Shown: positions 27,462 to 37,367, counted from the first letter of the stretch. The stretch is 64,000 bases of DNA from Rickettsiales bacterium (GCA_018969185.1 JAGWYT010000003.1:3843-67842); one strand, 5' to 3'. Numbers and translations: made by a program. The notes: generated from the sequence alone by a model not told the origin.

Positions 27462-28391
27462 CTAAAGGTGAGAATTAGTATTATCAGAAATTGATTTTAT
27501 AATTATTTTAATTTCATCCTCAAAATTCTTATTAATTCCTTCTAAAAGATTATTTTCTTTTAATTTTGTCAAATCAGCTGCAACCAAATCAACTTGATCT
27601 TTATCAAGGTTATTATCAGGCGCATTAAATAAACTACTGCTAACATTTAGCAATTTTAAAATCAAATGAACCAACTCTCTCAAAGAATAAATATTTCCAC
27701 AAGAAATGTTAAACTCCCCTTCAACATTTTCTTTTAAAATATTAACAAAAATCTTAGAGGCACAATTGGTTGAAATATAATCTCTTAGAACATTTGGATT
27801 TCTACAATTAATTTTATCACCATTTAAGGCAGAATGTATAACAGACGATATAAATTTCTTATCACTTTCACCTTCTCCAAAAAGAAAGAATATTTTACCC
27901 CAGCAAAACTGAATTCCTAGATTCTCACAATAATCTTTTGCAACATCTCTAAAATGAATCTTACATTTACCATAAATTGTATTTGGATTATTTGGAGATT
28001 TTTCTTCTAATAGTAAGTTATTTGCACCCCACAAATATTCCATGCAAGTGCCTGCCCCTATAAATTTCTTACCACCATTATCACCAAAAGATTTTAGTAA
28101 ATTTATACTAGCTTTCAACCAATCAAAATTACTCACAGAATTAGCATATTCACCATGCTTTGTTGTCCACGCCAAATGCATTAAATCAGTTGCTGCAATT
28201 TCTTTCATGAAAGCTCCAACCTGATTTTCATTAAAAATATCACAAGAAATCTTATTAATATTTCGAACAAAATTTATAGATGAGTCATTTTTATGATAAA
28301 AAGCATAAACCTCAAAATCACTATCAGATAATAGCTCTATGACTCTTCTGCCAAGAATTCCACTGGCACCTGTAACAATCAATTTTCTCAT
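27462..28391 (-). CDS. NAD-dependent epimerase/dehydratase (NDP-sugar reductase-like)
   Basis: ATG at 28391 (MRKLIVTGASGILG) gives an ATGA overlap with the upstream stop. The track start at 28400 is GTG. Rossmann motif and Y...K present. Confidence 0.8.
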   Translation of the reverse strand: MRKLIVTGASGILGRRVIELLSDSDFEVYAFYHKNDSSINFVRNINKISCDIFNENQVGAFMKEIAATDLMHLAWTTKHGEYANSVSNFDWLKASINLLKSFGDNGGKKFIGAGTCMEYLWGANNLLLEEKSPNNPNTIYGKCKIHFRDVAKDYCENLGIQFCWGKIFFLFGEGESDKKFISSVIHSALNGDKINCRNPNVLRDYISTNCASKIFVNILKENVEGEFNISCGNIYSLRELVHLILKLLNVSSSLFNAPDNNLDKDQVDLVAADLTKLKENNLLEGINKNFEDEIKIIIKSISDNTNSHL

Positions 28392-29431
28392 TTCTGACAC
28401 AAAGAATTCTTTTTTATTTCAGCTATTCTTATCTTTGTTATATTATCAACAAAAATATGATAGTTTTCATTATCTAGACGCATTGCCTTAACCATTCCAT
28501 CAAGCACATTATCATTTTTATATTCAAGCATAAAACTCTTAAACTCAGGATAATTTTTAGCAAATTCTTCATTGATTATTAAAGGCTTAGACATTGCAAC
28601 AGCAATATTTATTGAAGAAGATGAAACGGATTTAAAATATTTATATAACTCGTCACAAGAATCATCAACTAGAGGAATAACATAATCTGACTTGTTTACT
28701 TCTGAGAAAAAATTTTCATAGAATAAAACATTATCACAAAAATCAAAATATGAGGATAAATTTTTCTCATTTAGCAAAGATTTAAATTTTTCAGCATCTT
28801 CTGTATCATTTCGTCCAACAAACTTTACCACAAATTTGTTCTTAAACTCATTCATCTCTGACAAAGCATAAACTGCATTTAACAACGACTTATAGTTTCT
28901 TCTACTATTAGAGAAATTACCCTGAACGGAAAATATAGTTTTATTTTTGTCCAAGAGTTTATTCTCAAAATCTCCGTAATAATAAGGAAATAAAATTTCG
29001 TTTTCTATTTTATCATTTTTTAGAAAAGAGCTTCCATGATTAGATATGACAACTGGTTTAAAGCTCAATATCATCCCATTTTTTAACTCATCCACTAAAT
29101 TTTGAGGATTATGAATTATGACTCTGTGTTGTTTCCTTGGCTTAGTGGAATAGACTTCCTTTAAAATAGTTGATTGCTCTGGCTGTCTATAATCTTCAAA
29201 ACTATTAAAAATTACATAATCATATATCCTAAATCTTTTAACAAAACTCCAATATTTTGCTTTAAAAAATTTATATTTCAAACTTTTAGAAAAATATAAA
29301 CTATTCTTAGAAATATTTTGTTTTTTGGTAAAAACATGTACAATAAACCCTTTCTCATTAAGAAGTTGAATAATTGAGGGAAATAATTCATCGTGACATA
29401 CATTAAACTCCACTAAAGCACATAACTTCAT
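28388..29431 (-). CDS. hypothetical protein (possible Rossmann-type glycosyltransferase)
   Basis: 347 aa, ATG start, ATGA overlaps on both sides. FSVQGNFSNSRRNYKSLL...FVGRND weakly resembles GT-B C-terminal domains. Confidence 0.4.
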   Translation of the reverse strand: MKLCALVEFNVCHDELFPSIIQLLNEKGFIVHVFTKKQNISKNSLYFSKSLKYKFFKAKYWSFVKRFRIYDYVIFNSFEDYRQPEQSTILKEVYSTKPRKQHRVIIHNPQNLVDELKNGMILSFKPVVISNHGSSFLKNDKIENEILFPYYYGDFENKLLDKNKTIFSVQGNFSNSRRNYKSLLNAVYALSEMNEFKNKFVVKFVGRNDTEDAEKFKSLLNEKNLSSYFDFCDNVLFYENFFSEVNKSDYVIPLVDDSCDELYKYFKSVSSSSINIAVAMSKPLIINEEFAKNYPEFKSFMLEYKNDNVLDGMVKAMRLDNENYHIFVDNITKIRIAEIKKNSLCQK

Positions 29432-30318
29432 CTTTTAAAGAAACTTTTATTTTTTATTTTTTTAATTCTTTTTCTATTTTTTGAAAAAGAAAGATTCCTC
29501 AAACAATTTATCAAAGAACCAAGAAAACTTGATTTGAATACAGAATCCCTAACCCATTTATTCTGCATTATAACCATCATATAATTTTCACTCAAAGCCT
29601 TTTCACTTTGCCCTAATAGCTTTTCTTCATCATAAAAAATCTGATAATGATAAACCTTCGCCAAAGGACCAATAGCTGTAAAGTTAAACTCCAATCTTGA
29701 TAAAAGAAATTCTCCATAGCAATTCATTTCAAATGGAGAAAGATTTATAATTTCTTTAAAATCACGCCCTTCTTTACTAATTTCTTTTTCCAAAGACTCC
29801 AATACCTTTGAACTCCAGATACAAGGACTACCGAAAGTATATAAAATTTTACTATCTCTATTAAAAAAACTAGAAATTTTGCTAAAAGCGCTTTTTGTAT
29901 CATCAATGACAAATGACAAATTTCTTCTTACCAAAAACTCAAAAAATAATTTATCTTCAAAACAAACAAAAAAAGGATCTCCTTTTTCATCAATAAAATC
30001 AGAATAATGAAAGTTTCTAATAAAATAAGAATCTGAGTCTACAATAACATAATTTTCAGCAATTCCAGTCTTGTAAAAATTGAGCTTAACTAACTGTTGA
30101 GTATACCAACTTTGTTCAAAATCTTCACCCATTATTTCTTCATCAGATATCAAATTTATTCCATCAAGTTCATTTTTGAAAAAATCAAAATCTAATTTTG
30201 GACATGAAACATAAAATGGTATCTTATCAACATTATATTTTTTTACAGATTCGTTAAGAATCTTTATTCTCTCCAAATCATTTTTGTAAGATTTACAATA
30301 GATAACTACCTTATACAT
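29428..30318 (-). CDS. hypothetical protein of the polysaccharide locus (possible nucleotide-sugar transferase fold)
   Basis: I place the start at ATG 30318 (MYKVVIYCKSYKND), an 8-nt overlap with the GT2 stop. No recognisable motif beyond VIVDSDSYF, which is DxD-like. Confidence 0.45.
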   Translation of the reverse strand: MYKVVIYCKSYKNDLERIKILNESVKKYNVDKIPFYVSCPKLDFDFFKNELDGINLISDEEIMGEDFEQSWYTQQLVKLNFYKTGIAENYVIVDSDSYFIRNFHYSDFIDEKGDPFFVCFEDKLFFEFLVRRNLSFVIDDTKSAFSKISSFFNRDSKILYTFGSPCIWSSKVLESLEKEISKEGRDFKEIINLSPFEMNCYGEFLLSRLEFNFTAIGPLAKVYHYQIFYDEEKLLGQSEKALSENYMMVIMQNKWVRDSVFKSSFLGSLINCLRNLSFSKNRKRIKKIKNKSFFKR

Positions 30319-31294
30319 GTTTCTTTTTCCCAGAAAGAAGTTTTCTAACAAGATAAAATTTCAAGAAAAATGGCAGTGATACCACAATTTTCAATAAACT
30401 TTTTTCATTTAAAGAATGATAAAAATAGTGTTTTATTTCATCTCTAGTTTTTCGTTTCCAAAGCTTTGAACTCCAAATAACTGACTGCAAATAAAAATAT
30501 ACACCAAGCTTCTCAAAAAACGTTCTCTTACCTTTTAGCGCTACAAGCATTATTTCATAATACATTGAAAAATTAGGATATAAGAAAGACTTTTCCACAG
30601 AAGGAGAATCGAGAGTTTTGTATCTATCTAATTCTGTTTTTTTTCTAAAGTTTCTATAATAGAAAAGTTTATCAGGATGTTTTACAAAATCGCCTTGCCT
30701 TATCAAATCAGACAATATTATAACATCAGCACCGTAATTTAAGCGGTCTCTTTTAACATCTTCTAAATAATTTCTTCTGACCATACCAAATATTGAATAC
30801 CAACCTTCCCTCAATAATAAAGCTTTGAATCTCTGCAAATATGTCATGTTGGTGGTATCAAAATTATCATACATACTAAAATCACCTTCCATAATTACAC
30901 CATCTTCATCCATGAACTCTATTGCTGGAGCGCACATCACAGCATCAGGATGACTTTCTAAACATTCTACACATTTTGATATAAACTTCTCATGCCAAAC
31001 ATCATCAAAAGAAGCCCAGGCAAAATATTTACCTTTAGATAAACGAAATACTAAGTCATAATTTTTTGCCGCGCCAATATTCTCCTTATTTCTATGGTAG
31101 CTTATTCTACTATCTTGTTTTGCATAATATCTGCATATTTCCTCTGTCTTATCAGTAGAACAATTATCAGATATTACAATTTCAAAATTCTCATAATCCT
31201 GTTTTAAGAGAGACTCAATTGCATATTTTAAATATTTCTCAGCATTATAGATCAAAAGACCAATGCTAACCAACTCTTTATTTGGATTGTTCAT
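30311..31294 (-). CDS. family-2 glycosyltransferase
   Basis: 327 aa, ATG start. VSIGLLIYNAEKYLKYAIESLLKQDYENFEIVISDNCSTDKT ... FDDVW is the GT2 (GT-A, DxD) N-terminal signature. Confidence 0.88.
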   Translation of the reverse strand: MNNPNKELVSIGLLIYNAEKYLKYAIESLLKQDYENFEIVISDNCSTDKTEEICRYYAKQDSRISYHRNKENIGAAKNYDLVFRLSKGKYFAWASFDDVWHEKFISKCVECLESHPDAVMCAPAIEFMDEDGVIMEGDFSMYDNFDTTNMTYLQRFKALLLREGWYSIFGMVRRNYLEDVKRDRLNYGADVIILSDLIRQGDFVKHPDKLFYYRNFRKKTELDRYKTLDSPSVEKSFLYPNFSMYYEIMLVALKGKRTFFEKLGVYFYLQSVIWSSKLWKRKTRDEIKHYFYHSLNEKSLLKIVVSLPFFLKFYLVRKLLSGKKKHV

Positions 31295-32225
31295 TTTTAA
31301 AATAATTTGTTATATACCATTCATACACCTTAGCAATTCCTTCTTCCAAAGAAGTTGTTGCCTGCCATCCTAAATTATTAATTTTTGAGACATCCATACA
31401 CTTACGCGGAGTGCCATCTGGCTTAGTTGCATCAAATTTTAATTCACCATTAAAACCAATAATTTTTTTGATTAATTCTGCTAATTCGCGAATTGTAACA
31501 TCAACTCCACTGCCAATATTAGTAAGATCTTTAATGTTTTTATTATTCATCACAAAAACGCAAGCTTCCGCCAAATCATCAACATAAAGAAATTCACGCA
31601 TTGGCGTGCCACTTCCCCAAACTTCAACAAATTTTGTATCATTAACTTTTGCCTCATGAAACTTACGAATTAAAGCCGGCAAAACATGCGAACTGGTTAA
31701 ATCAAAATTATCATTAATACCATAAAGATTTGTTGGCATTAATGGCACAAAGTCACAACCATATTGACTTTGATAGGCTTCGCACATCTTTACACCAGAA
31801 ATTTTAGCAATTGCATAAGCGTAATTTGTTGGCTCAAGCTCTCCTGTTAAAAGATATTCTTCTTTAATTGGCTGCTTAGCAAATTTTGGATAAATACAAG
31901 AACTACCCAAGAAAACCAACCTTTGAACCTTATTTAAATATGAATTATGAATTATATTATTTTGAATTTGTAAATTTTCATAAATGAATTCTGCTGGCTT
32001 ACTTCTATTAGCTTCAATGCCACCAACTTTTGCTGCTGCTAAAAAAACAAATTCAGGTTTTTCTTTAGCAAAAAAATCGCTAACTGCCTTTTGATCAAGC
32101 AAGTTAAGCTCCTGACGAGTTTTTGTAATAATATTATTGTAACCTTGTTTTTGTAATTCTCTTACAATTGCCGAACCGACCATTCCAAGATGACCAGCAA
32201 TGTAGATTTTAGATTTTTTATCCAT
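31278..32225 (-). CDS. fcl: GDP-L-fucose synthase (GDP-4-keto-6-deoxymannose 3,5-epimerase/4-reductase)
   Basis: 315 aa, ATG start. IYIAGHLGMVGSAI, FLGSSCIYPK, YAIAKI, PTNLYG and GSG.PMREFLYVDD are WcaG/Fcl motifs. Confidence 0.88.
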   Translation of the reverse strand: MDKKSKIYIAGHLGMVGSAIVRELQKQGYNNIITKTRQELNLLDQKAVSDFFAKEKPEFVFLAAAKVGGIEANRSKPAEFIYENLQIQNNIIHNSYLNKVQRLVFLGSSCIYPKFAKQPIKEEYLLTGELEPTNYAYAIAKISGVKMCEAYQSQYGCDFVPLMPTNLYGINDNFDLTSSHVLPALIRKFHEAKVNDTKFVEVWGSGTPMREFLYVDDLAEACVFVMNNKNIKDLTNIGSGVDVTIRELAELIKKIIGFNGELKFDATKPDGTPRKCMDVSKINNLGWQATTSLEEGIAKVYEWYITNYFKNEQSK

Positions 32226-32942
32226 TTATAATGCTTTAATTTCTTTTAAAAATGCTTTCTCCAAACTATCTTCCTTATGCTTGTTTTTAAAACCTTGCGG
32301 AGTTCCTTCATAAACAATTTTAGCATCATTTAACACTGCAATTGAATCACAAATTTCATCCATATCTGATAAAATGTGAGAGCTAAAAAATATAGTTTTA
32401 CCAGAATTTTTATAAGCAATTAATTCTTTTTTTAGCGCAATTCTTGCCTTTGGATCAAGACCGCTCATCGGCTCATCTAAAATTACCAAATCAGCTTCTG
32501 ATAAAAACACCGCCAAAAGACCAAGTTTTTGCGTCATTCCTTTTGAATATTTAGTAACTTTTTGCTTCAACACTTCAAATCTTAAATCAAGATTTTCACA
32601 AATCTTTTGAGCTTTTTTTGGATTATATTTTTTCTTGTAAAAATCTAAAACAAACTTAAGAAACTCTTCTCCTTTCAAGTGCTGCGAAGGTTGGAACTTT
32701 TCTGGTAAATAACAAAGTTTTTTTCTGCTTTCTGGCAAAACTCTTGAAACACCAAAAATCTCAACTTCACCATGATCTTGATCTAAAAGGTCTAAGATAA
32801 TTTTGATCAAAGTGGTTTTTCCCATACCATTCAAACCAATAAAACCAAATATTTCGTTTTTCTTAACTGAAAATTCAACTTTATTTAGAACAACTCTATC
32901 ACCGAATGATTTAGAAATTTCTGAGATTTTTAACGGAAGCAT
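32226..32942 (-). CDS. ABC transporter ATP-binding protein (ABC-2 type), no cognate permease in window
   Basis: 238 aa, ATG start. Walker A GLNGMGKTT, signature YSKGMTQKL, Walker B LVILDEP. Confidence 0.85.
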   Translation of the reverse strand: MLPLKISEISKSFGDRVVLNKVEFSVKKNEIFGFIGLNGMGKTTLIKIILDLLDQDHGEVEIFGVSRVLPESRKKLCYLPEKFQPSQHLKGEEFLKFVLDFYKKKYNPKKAQKICENLDLRFEVLKQKVTKYSKGMTQKLGLLAVFLSEADLVILDEPMSGLDPKARIALKKELIAYKNSGKTIFFSSHILSDMDEICDSIAVLNDAKIVYEGTPQGFKNKHKEDSLEKAFLKEIKAL

Positions 32943-33382
32943 TATTTACTATTAATTAAGTTGTTTATTGCAAGAAGAGAAAGAGTATAACCATCAACAC
33001 CAAGCCCTGATATTACAGCAGTAACCACGTCACTCAACATTGAATGTTGTCTAAACTCTTCTCTTTTAAAAATATTAGAAATATGCAATTCAATTTTTGG
33101 TTTATCAAACATTTCAAGAGCATCTCTAATTGCAACTGAAGTGTGAGTATAAGCAGCAGCATTGATTATTATTCCATCAAAATTATCGATGGCATCTTGA
33201 ATGAAAGAAACAATTTCTCCCTCATTATTTGATTGTTGAAAAGCCACATCAATTTCAAGTTCCTTGGCAAGCTTTTTACAATCACTCATAATTGCCGCAA
33301 GAGAACTCTCACCATAAATCTCTTTATCTCTTTTATGTAAGAGATTTAAATTTGGACCATTTAAAATTAGAATTTTAGGCAT
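32942..33382 (-). CDS. aroQ: type II 3-dehydroquinate dehydratase
   Basis: 146 aa, ATG start. ILILNGPNLNLL..R....YG, QSNNEGEIV, IIINAAAYTHTSVAIRDA and HISNI are AroQ motifs. Confidence 0.93.
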   Translation of the reverse strand: MPKILILNGPNLNLLHKRDKEIYGESSLAAIMSDCKKLAKELEIDVAFQQSNNEGEIVSFIQDAIDNFDGIIINAAAYTHTSVAIRDALEMFDKPKIELHISNIFKREEFRQHSMLSDVVTAVISGLGVDGYTLSLLAINNLINSK

Positions 33383-34136
33383 TTTTTGATAAATATTGGA
33401 GTTTTAAAAAGTAGAAAATTGTCACTGGAATTGAAAGACCATAAATGGTTCCAACAATTGATAGAGTAAACCAAATCTTAGTTAGCAAACCAAATAAAAT
33501 TAGAGCAAGAATTGAGGCAAAAATTTTTCCAATCTTAATTTTCTTAATTGAAATTGTTGGAACACGGCTTGCCATCAATATCGCCACAATTGCCACATAA
33601 GTTATAACAACTAATGGTCTGCTGTAAAATCCTTCACCAAATTCATAAAATAAAACCATCGGCAACATTGACATTGCAGCACCGCATGGCGCAGGAATTC
33701 CTTTGAAAAAATATTTTTCTATAATTGGATTTGTAACTTCTTTAGTTAAATCAACGTTAAACCTAGCAAGGCGAACCGCACCACAAACTGCGAAGAACAA
33801 AACCAATGCCCAATCAAGACCTTTAATATCAGAAAATGTATTTACCCAACAATAAATAACAAAACCTGGGACAACGCCAAAATTTACGAAATCTGCCAAA
33901 GAATCAAGCTGTGCCCCAAAATCGCTGCTTGAGTTAAAGAATCTTGCTAATCTGCCATCAATTCCATCCATAAAACCAGATAGTAAAACAAAAGCTGTTG
34001 CCATTTGATATTCCCCATGAATTGCATAGCGAATTGCTGACAAGCCAACACAGATGCTCGCTAAAGTTACCATGTTTGGTATCATCGCTAAAACTGGATG
34101 AGCTTTTTTAGTGCTTTTATTATGTTTACTAGACAT
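33375..34136 (-). CDS. pssA: CDP-diacylglycerol--serine O-phosphatidyltransferase
   Basis: 253 aa, ATG start. CDP-alcohol phosphatidyltransferase motif DGIDGRLARFFNSSSDFGAQLDSLAD. Polytopic membrane protein. Confidence 0.85.
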   Translation of the reverse strand: MSSKHNKSTKKAHPVLAMIPNMVTLASICVGLSAIRYAIHGEYQMATAFVLLSGFMDGIDGRLARFFNSSSDFGAQLDSLADFVNFGVVPGFVIYCWVNTFSDIKGLDWALVLFFAVCGAVRLARFNVDLTKEVTNPIIEKYFFKGIPAPCGAAMSMLPMVLFYEFGEGFYSRPLVVITYVAIVAILMASRVPTISIKKIKIGKIFASILALILFGLLTKIWFTLSIVGTIYGLSIPVTIFYFLKLQYLSKNA

Positions 34137-34246
34137 GTAAATTTAAATTAAATTAAAAAATTATTTACTTAACGTGAATAGTATTTATCTTTTAGCAATC
34201 ACTTAAAAAAGCAAGTTTTTCAATTCAAAATAAATTTCAAAAAAAC

Positions 34247-36364
34247 ATGAAAAAAACTGATCAAGAATTAACCAGACAAATGGCTAATTGTATTAGATTT
34301 TTATCAATTGATGCCATAGAGCGTGCTGCTTCAGGACATCCAGGAATGCCAATGGGAATGGCTGATGTTGCAACAATTCTCTTTACCGAGTTTTTGAAAT
34401 TTAATGCTAAAAAACCAGAGTGGCTTGATCGTGATCGCTTTGTTTTATCAGCAGGACATGGCTCAATGCTTTTATATTCACTACTTTATCTAACAGGCTA
34501 CAAAGATATTGAAATTGATGATATTAAAAATTTCCGTCAACTTGGCGCTAAATGCGCTGGACACCCTGAATACGGACATCTTGATGGTGTTGAAACCACA
34601 ACTGGTCCTTTAGGGCAAGGAATTGCTAACGCCGTTGGTATGGCAATTTCTGAAAAAATGATGGCTGCACGTTTAGGTAGTGATTTAATAAATCACAAAA
34701 CTTACTGCATCGCTGGAGATGGTTGTTTAATGGAAGGAATCAGTCAGGAAGCCATTTCACTTGCCGGACATTTAAATTTAAATAAATTAGTTTTACTTTG
34801 GGATAATAACTCAATTTCAATTGATGGCAGCACTTCTATAACCACTTCTGAAAATATGAAGATGCGTTTTGAAGCTTGCGGCTTCCATGTTATAGAAATT
34901 GATGGTCACAATTTTGACGAAATCAGATCAGCTTTAACTAAAGCACAAAATTCTGATAAGCCTGTGATGATTGATTGCAAAACTGTAATCGCTTACGGCT
35001 CACCAAATAAAGCTGGTTCAGAAAAATCACATGGTTCTCCTCTTGGCGAAGATGAAGTTAAAAAAACCAGAGAAAAACTTGGCTGGTCACACGGCGCTTT
35101 TGTAATTCCTGAAGAGCTTGAAGAGAAGTGGTTAGAAGCGGGAAAAAGATCAAATAAAACCTTCAAAGAATGGGAAGAAAAATTTGAAAAACTTGATGCT
35201 AAAAAATCTACTGATTTAAAGAGAGTTCTAAAACATGAATTACCAGAAGATTTTAAGAAAAACTTGGAAAGCTTTAAACAAAAAATCTTTCTTGAAAAAC
35301 CAAAACAAGCAACTCGTAAATCTTCACAAAATGTGCTTGAATTATTAACTGCTGAATTACCTGAATTAATTGGTGGATCTGCTGATTTAAGCGGTTCAGT
35401 TTTAACCAAAACTTCTCACACAAAATCAATTAATAAGAGTGATTTTTCTGGCCGTTATATTCACTATGGAATTAGAGAACATGCCATGGGAGCAATAATG
35501 AACGGTATCGCGCTTCATGGTGGATTCATACCATATGGCGGCACATTCTTAGTATTTTCTGATTATATGAAACCTGCAATCAGACTTGCAGCTTTGATGC
35601 AATTACAAGTAATTTATATTTTCACTCATGATTCAATTGGTCTTGGCGAAGATGGACCAACTCATCAACCAGTTGAACATTTGGCTACATTACGCGCAAT
35701 TCCAAATTTAAATGTCTTCCGCCCTGCTGATGCACAAGAAACAATTGGCTGTTTTGAACAAGCGTTGAAATCTAAGAAGACTCCATCAGCAATGATTCTA
35801 ACCAGACAGAATGTTTCTTTCTTGCGCAGCTCTTACACTAAGGATGCTGGTCTTTGCGGCTATGGTGCTTATATCGTTTCTGACACTGCACTTGAAATTG
35901 AACCTGACGTGGTAATTATTGCCAGCGGTTCAGAAGTTACTATTGCCGTTGAAGCAAAAGAAAAGTTACATAAAAACGGTTTTGCGGTTCGAGTTGTTTC
36001 AATGCCTTGCTACGAAATGTTTGAGAATCAAGAGCAATCTTATCGTAATAAAGTTTTAGGACCTGAAAATGTTTTACGTGTTGCAATTGAAGCTGGTATT
36101 GACCACGGTTGGTATCGTTATATCGGCAAAGACGGTATCTTCATTGGCATGGAAACTTTTGGTGCTTCTGGAAAAGCTGAAGATTTATACAAGCATTTCA
36201 ACATCACTTCTGATTATGCCTGCGAAAGAATTGTTGCTGAATTAAAAAGCAGACGCAAATCTGCCATCGCAAAATATAAGGATAAAGACGACGTTCTTGA
36301 CGAAATGGAAAAATATAAAGAACAAGTTCGCAAGGAAGTTGAAAGCGAAGATGATGAAGACTAA
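34247..36364 (+). CDS. tkt: transketolase (with about 38 aa charged C-terminal extension)
   Basis: 705 aa, ATG start. SGHPGMPMGMAD, GHGSMLLYSL, ThDP motif GDGCLMEGISQEA...NN, THDSIGLGEDGPTHQP. Confidence 0.96.
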   Translation: MKKTDQELTRQMANCIRFLSIDAIERAASGHPGMPMGMADVATILFTEFLKFNAKKPEWLDRDRFVLSAGHGSMLLYSLLYLTGYKDIEIDDIKNFRQLGAKCAGHPEYGHLDGVETTTGPLGQGIANAVGMAISEKMMAARLGSDLINHKTYCIAGDGCLMEGISQEAISLAGHLNLNKLVLLWDNNSISIDGSTSITTSENMKMRFEACGFHVIEIDGHNFDEIRSALTKAQNSDKPVMIDCKTVIAYGSPNKAGSEKSHGSPLGEDEVKKTREKLGWSHGAFVIPEELEEKWLEAGKRSNKTFKEWEEKFEKLDAKKSTDLKRVLKHELPEDFKKNLESFKQKIFLEKPKQATRKSSQNVLELLTAELPELIGGSADLSGSVLTKTSHTKSINKSDFSGRYIHYGIREHAMGAIMNGIALHGGFIPYGGTFLVFSDYMKPAIRLAALMQLQVIYIFTHDSIGLGEDGPTHQPVEHLATLRAIPNLNVFRPADAQETIGCFEQALKSKKTPSAMILTRQNVSFLRSSYTKDAGLCGYGAYIVSDTALEIEPDVVIIASGSEVTIAVEAKEKLHKNGFAVRVVSMPCYEMFENQEQSYRNKVLGPENVLRVAIEAGIDHGWYRYIGKDGIFIGMETFGASGKAEDLYKHFNITSDYACERIVAELKSRRKSAIAKYKDKDDVLDEMEKYKEQVRKEVESEDDED

Positions 36365-36385
36365 CTAAATAAAGATATAAACTAA

Positions 36386-37093
36386 ATGGGCTTAGTAAGT
36401 CTTGAAAATATTAGCTTCAAAATAAATGATCAGAAAATCATCAACAACATTTCACTTAATTTAAAAAAAGGTGAGATTACCACTTTGATTGGTCCTAATG
36501 GTGGCGGCAAGACCTCAATTGCACGTATTGCTCTTGGAATTTTAGAACCTAGTTCTGGAAAAGTTATCAGAAATTCTGATTTAAAAATTGGCTATATGCC
36601 ACAAAAAATCAATATTGATAAGACCATTCCTCTTACAGTTGAAAGCTTTCTTAGACTTTCAATTCAGAATATTAAATTTGATGATGAGGTGAAAAGCCTG
36701 ATTTCTCGCCTTAAAATAGATAGTCTTTTAAATAAACAAATTCATGAAATTTCTGGCGGGCAAATGCAAAAAGTTTTGTTTTTGCGAGCAATTATTAATA
36801 AGCCCGATTTGTTGGTTCTAGACGAACCAACTCAATATATGGATATCAATGCCACCGAAGAATTTTATCAAATAATTGATGAGATTAGAAAAGCGCAGAA
36901 CTGCGCTATTTTACTGATTTCACATGATCTTCACATGGTAATGCAAAAAACTGATTCTGTCTTTTGTGTTAACCAACATGTATGCTGCCACGGCTCACCA
37001 GAATCAATCAATCAACATCCAGAATATATTTCACTTTTTGGCAAGAGAACCGCAATTGGTATTTATCAGCATCATCACGACCATAAGCATTAG
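36386..37093 (+). CDS. znuC: zinc ABC transporter ATP-binding protein
   Basis: 235 aa, ATG start. Walker A GPNGGGKTS, signature ISGGQMQKV, Walker B LLVLDEP, and a His-rich tail YQHHHDHKH typical of ZnuC. Confidence 0.8.
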   Translation: MGLVSLENISFKINDQKIINNISLNLKKGEITTLIGPNGGGKTSIARIALGILEPSSGKVIRNSDLKIGYMPQKINIDKTIPLTVESFLRLSIQNIKFDDEVKSLISRLKIDSLLNKQIHEISGGQMQKVLFLRAIINKPDLLVLDEPTQYMDINATEEFYQIIDEIRKAQNCAILLISHDLHMVMQKTDSVFCVNQHVCCHGSPESINQHPEYISLFGKRTAIGIYQHHHDHKH

Positions 37094-37113
37094 CGGCTAT
37101 TATCTAACAATTT

Positions 37114-37344
37114 CTAGTGCCAAACTAATCTTACTTGCAACCTTTTCTGAGAACCAGGGCAAGGATCTGGAGCAAATACTCTATTTCTTGCATTAATAGA
37201 ACAAGTTGACTTTCCAATGCAAGCTGCTGTAACTATGCTAACGCTTGATCCAGCATTACATGATGAATCAATAACACAAGAATTAGGACTGCCATAGCTT
37301 GCAAAATAAACATAACCCCAAGTTTTACCAGCTGGAGCAGTCAT
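37114..37344 (-). CDS. SUEL-type (Gal_Lectin) lectin domain ORF; most likely the frameshifted C-terminus of the VirB2-like gene upstream
   Basis: FASYGSPNSC...C...SIVTAACIGKSTCSINARNRVFAPDPCPGSQKRLQV matches the SUEL/rhamnose-binding lectin pattern (A.YGR..C...C..G...C....F.DPCPGT.K.L.V). The frame stays open upstream to 37416 (FSTADSCAYSLSKCFLVAENSTLT). Confidence 0.65.
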   Translation of the reverse strand: MTAPAGKTWGYVYFASYGSPNSCVIDSSCNAGSSVSIVTAACIGKSTCSINARNRVFAPDPCPGSQKRLQVRLVWH

Positions 37345-37367
37345 GGTAAGAGTTGAATTTTCTGCAA

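Noticed and set aside
34993..35409. 138-aa minus-strand ORF inside tkt
   Set aside because: It is antisense to an unambiguous transketolase CDS. The translation is S/F/L-rich and low-complexity, as expected for the mirror frame of an AT-rich gene.
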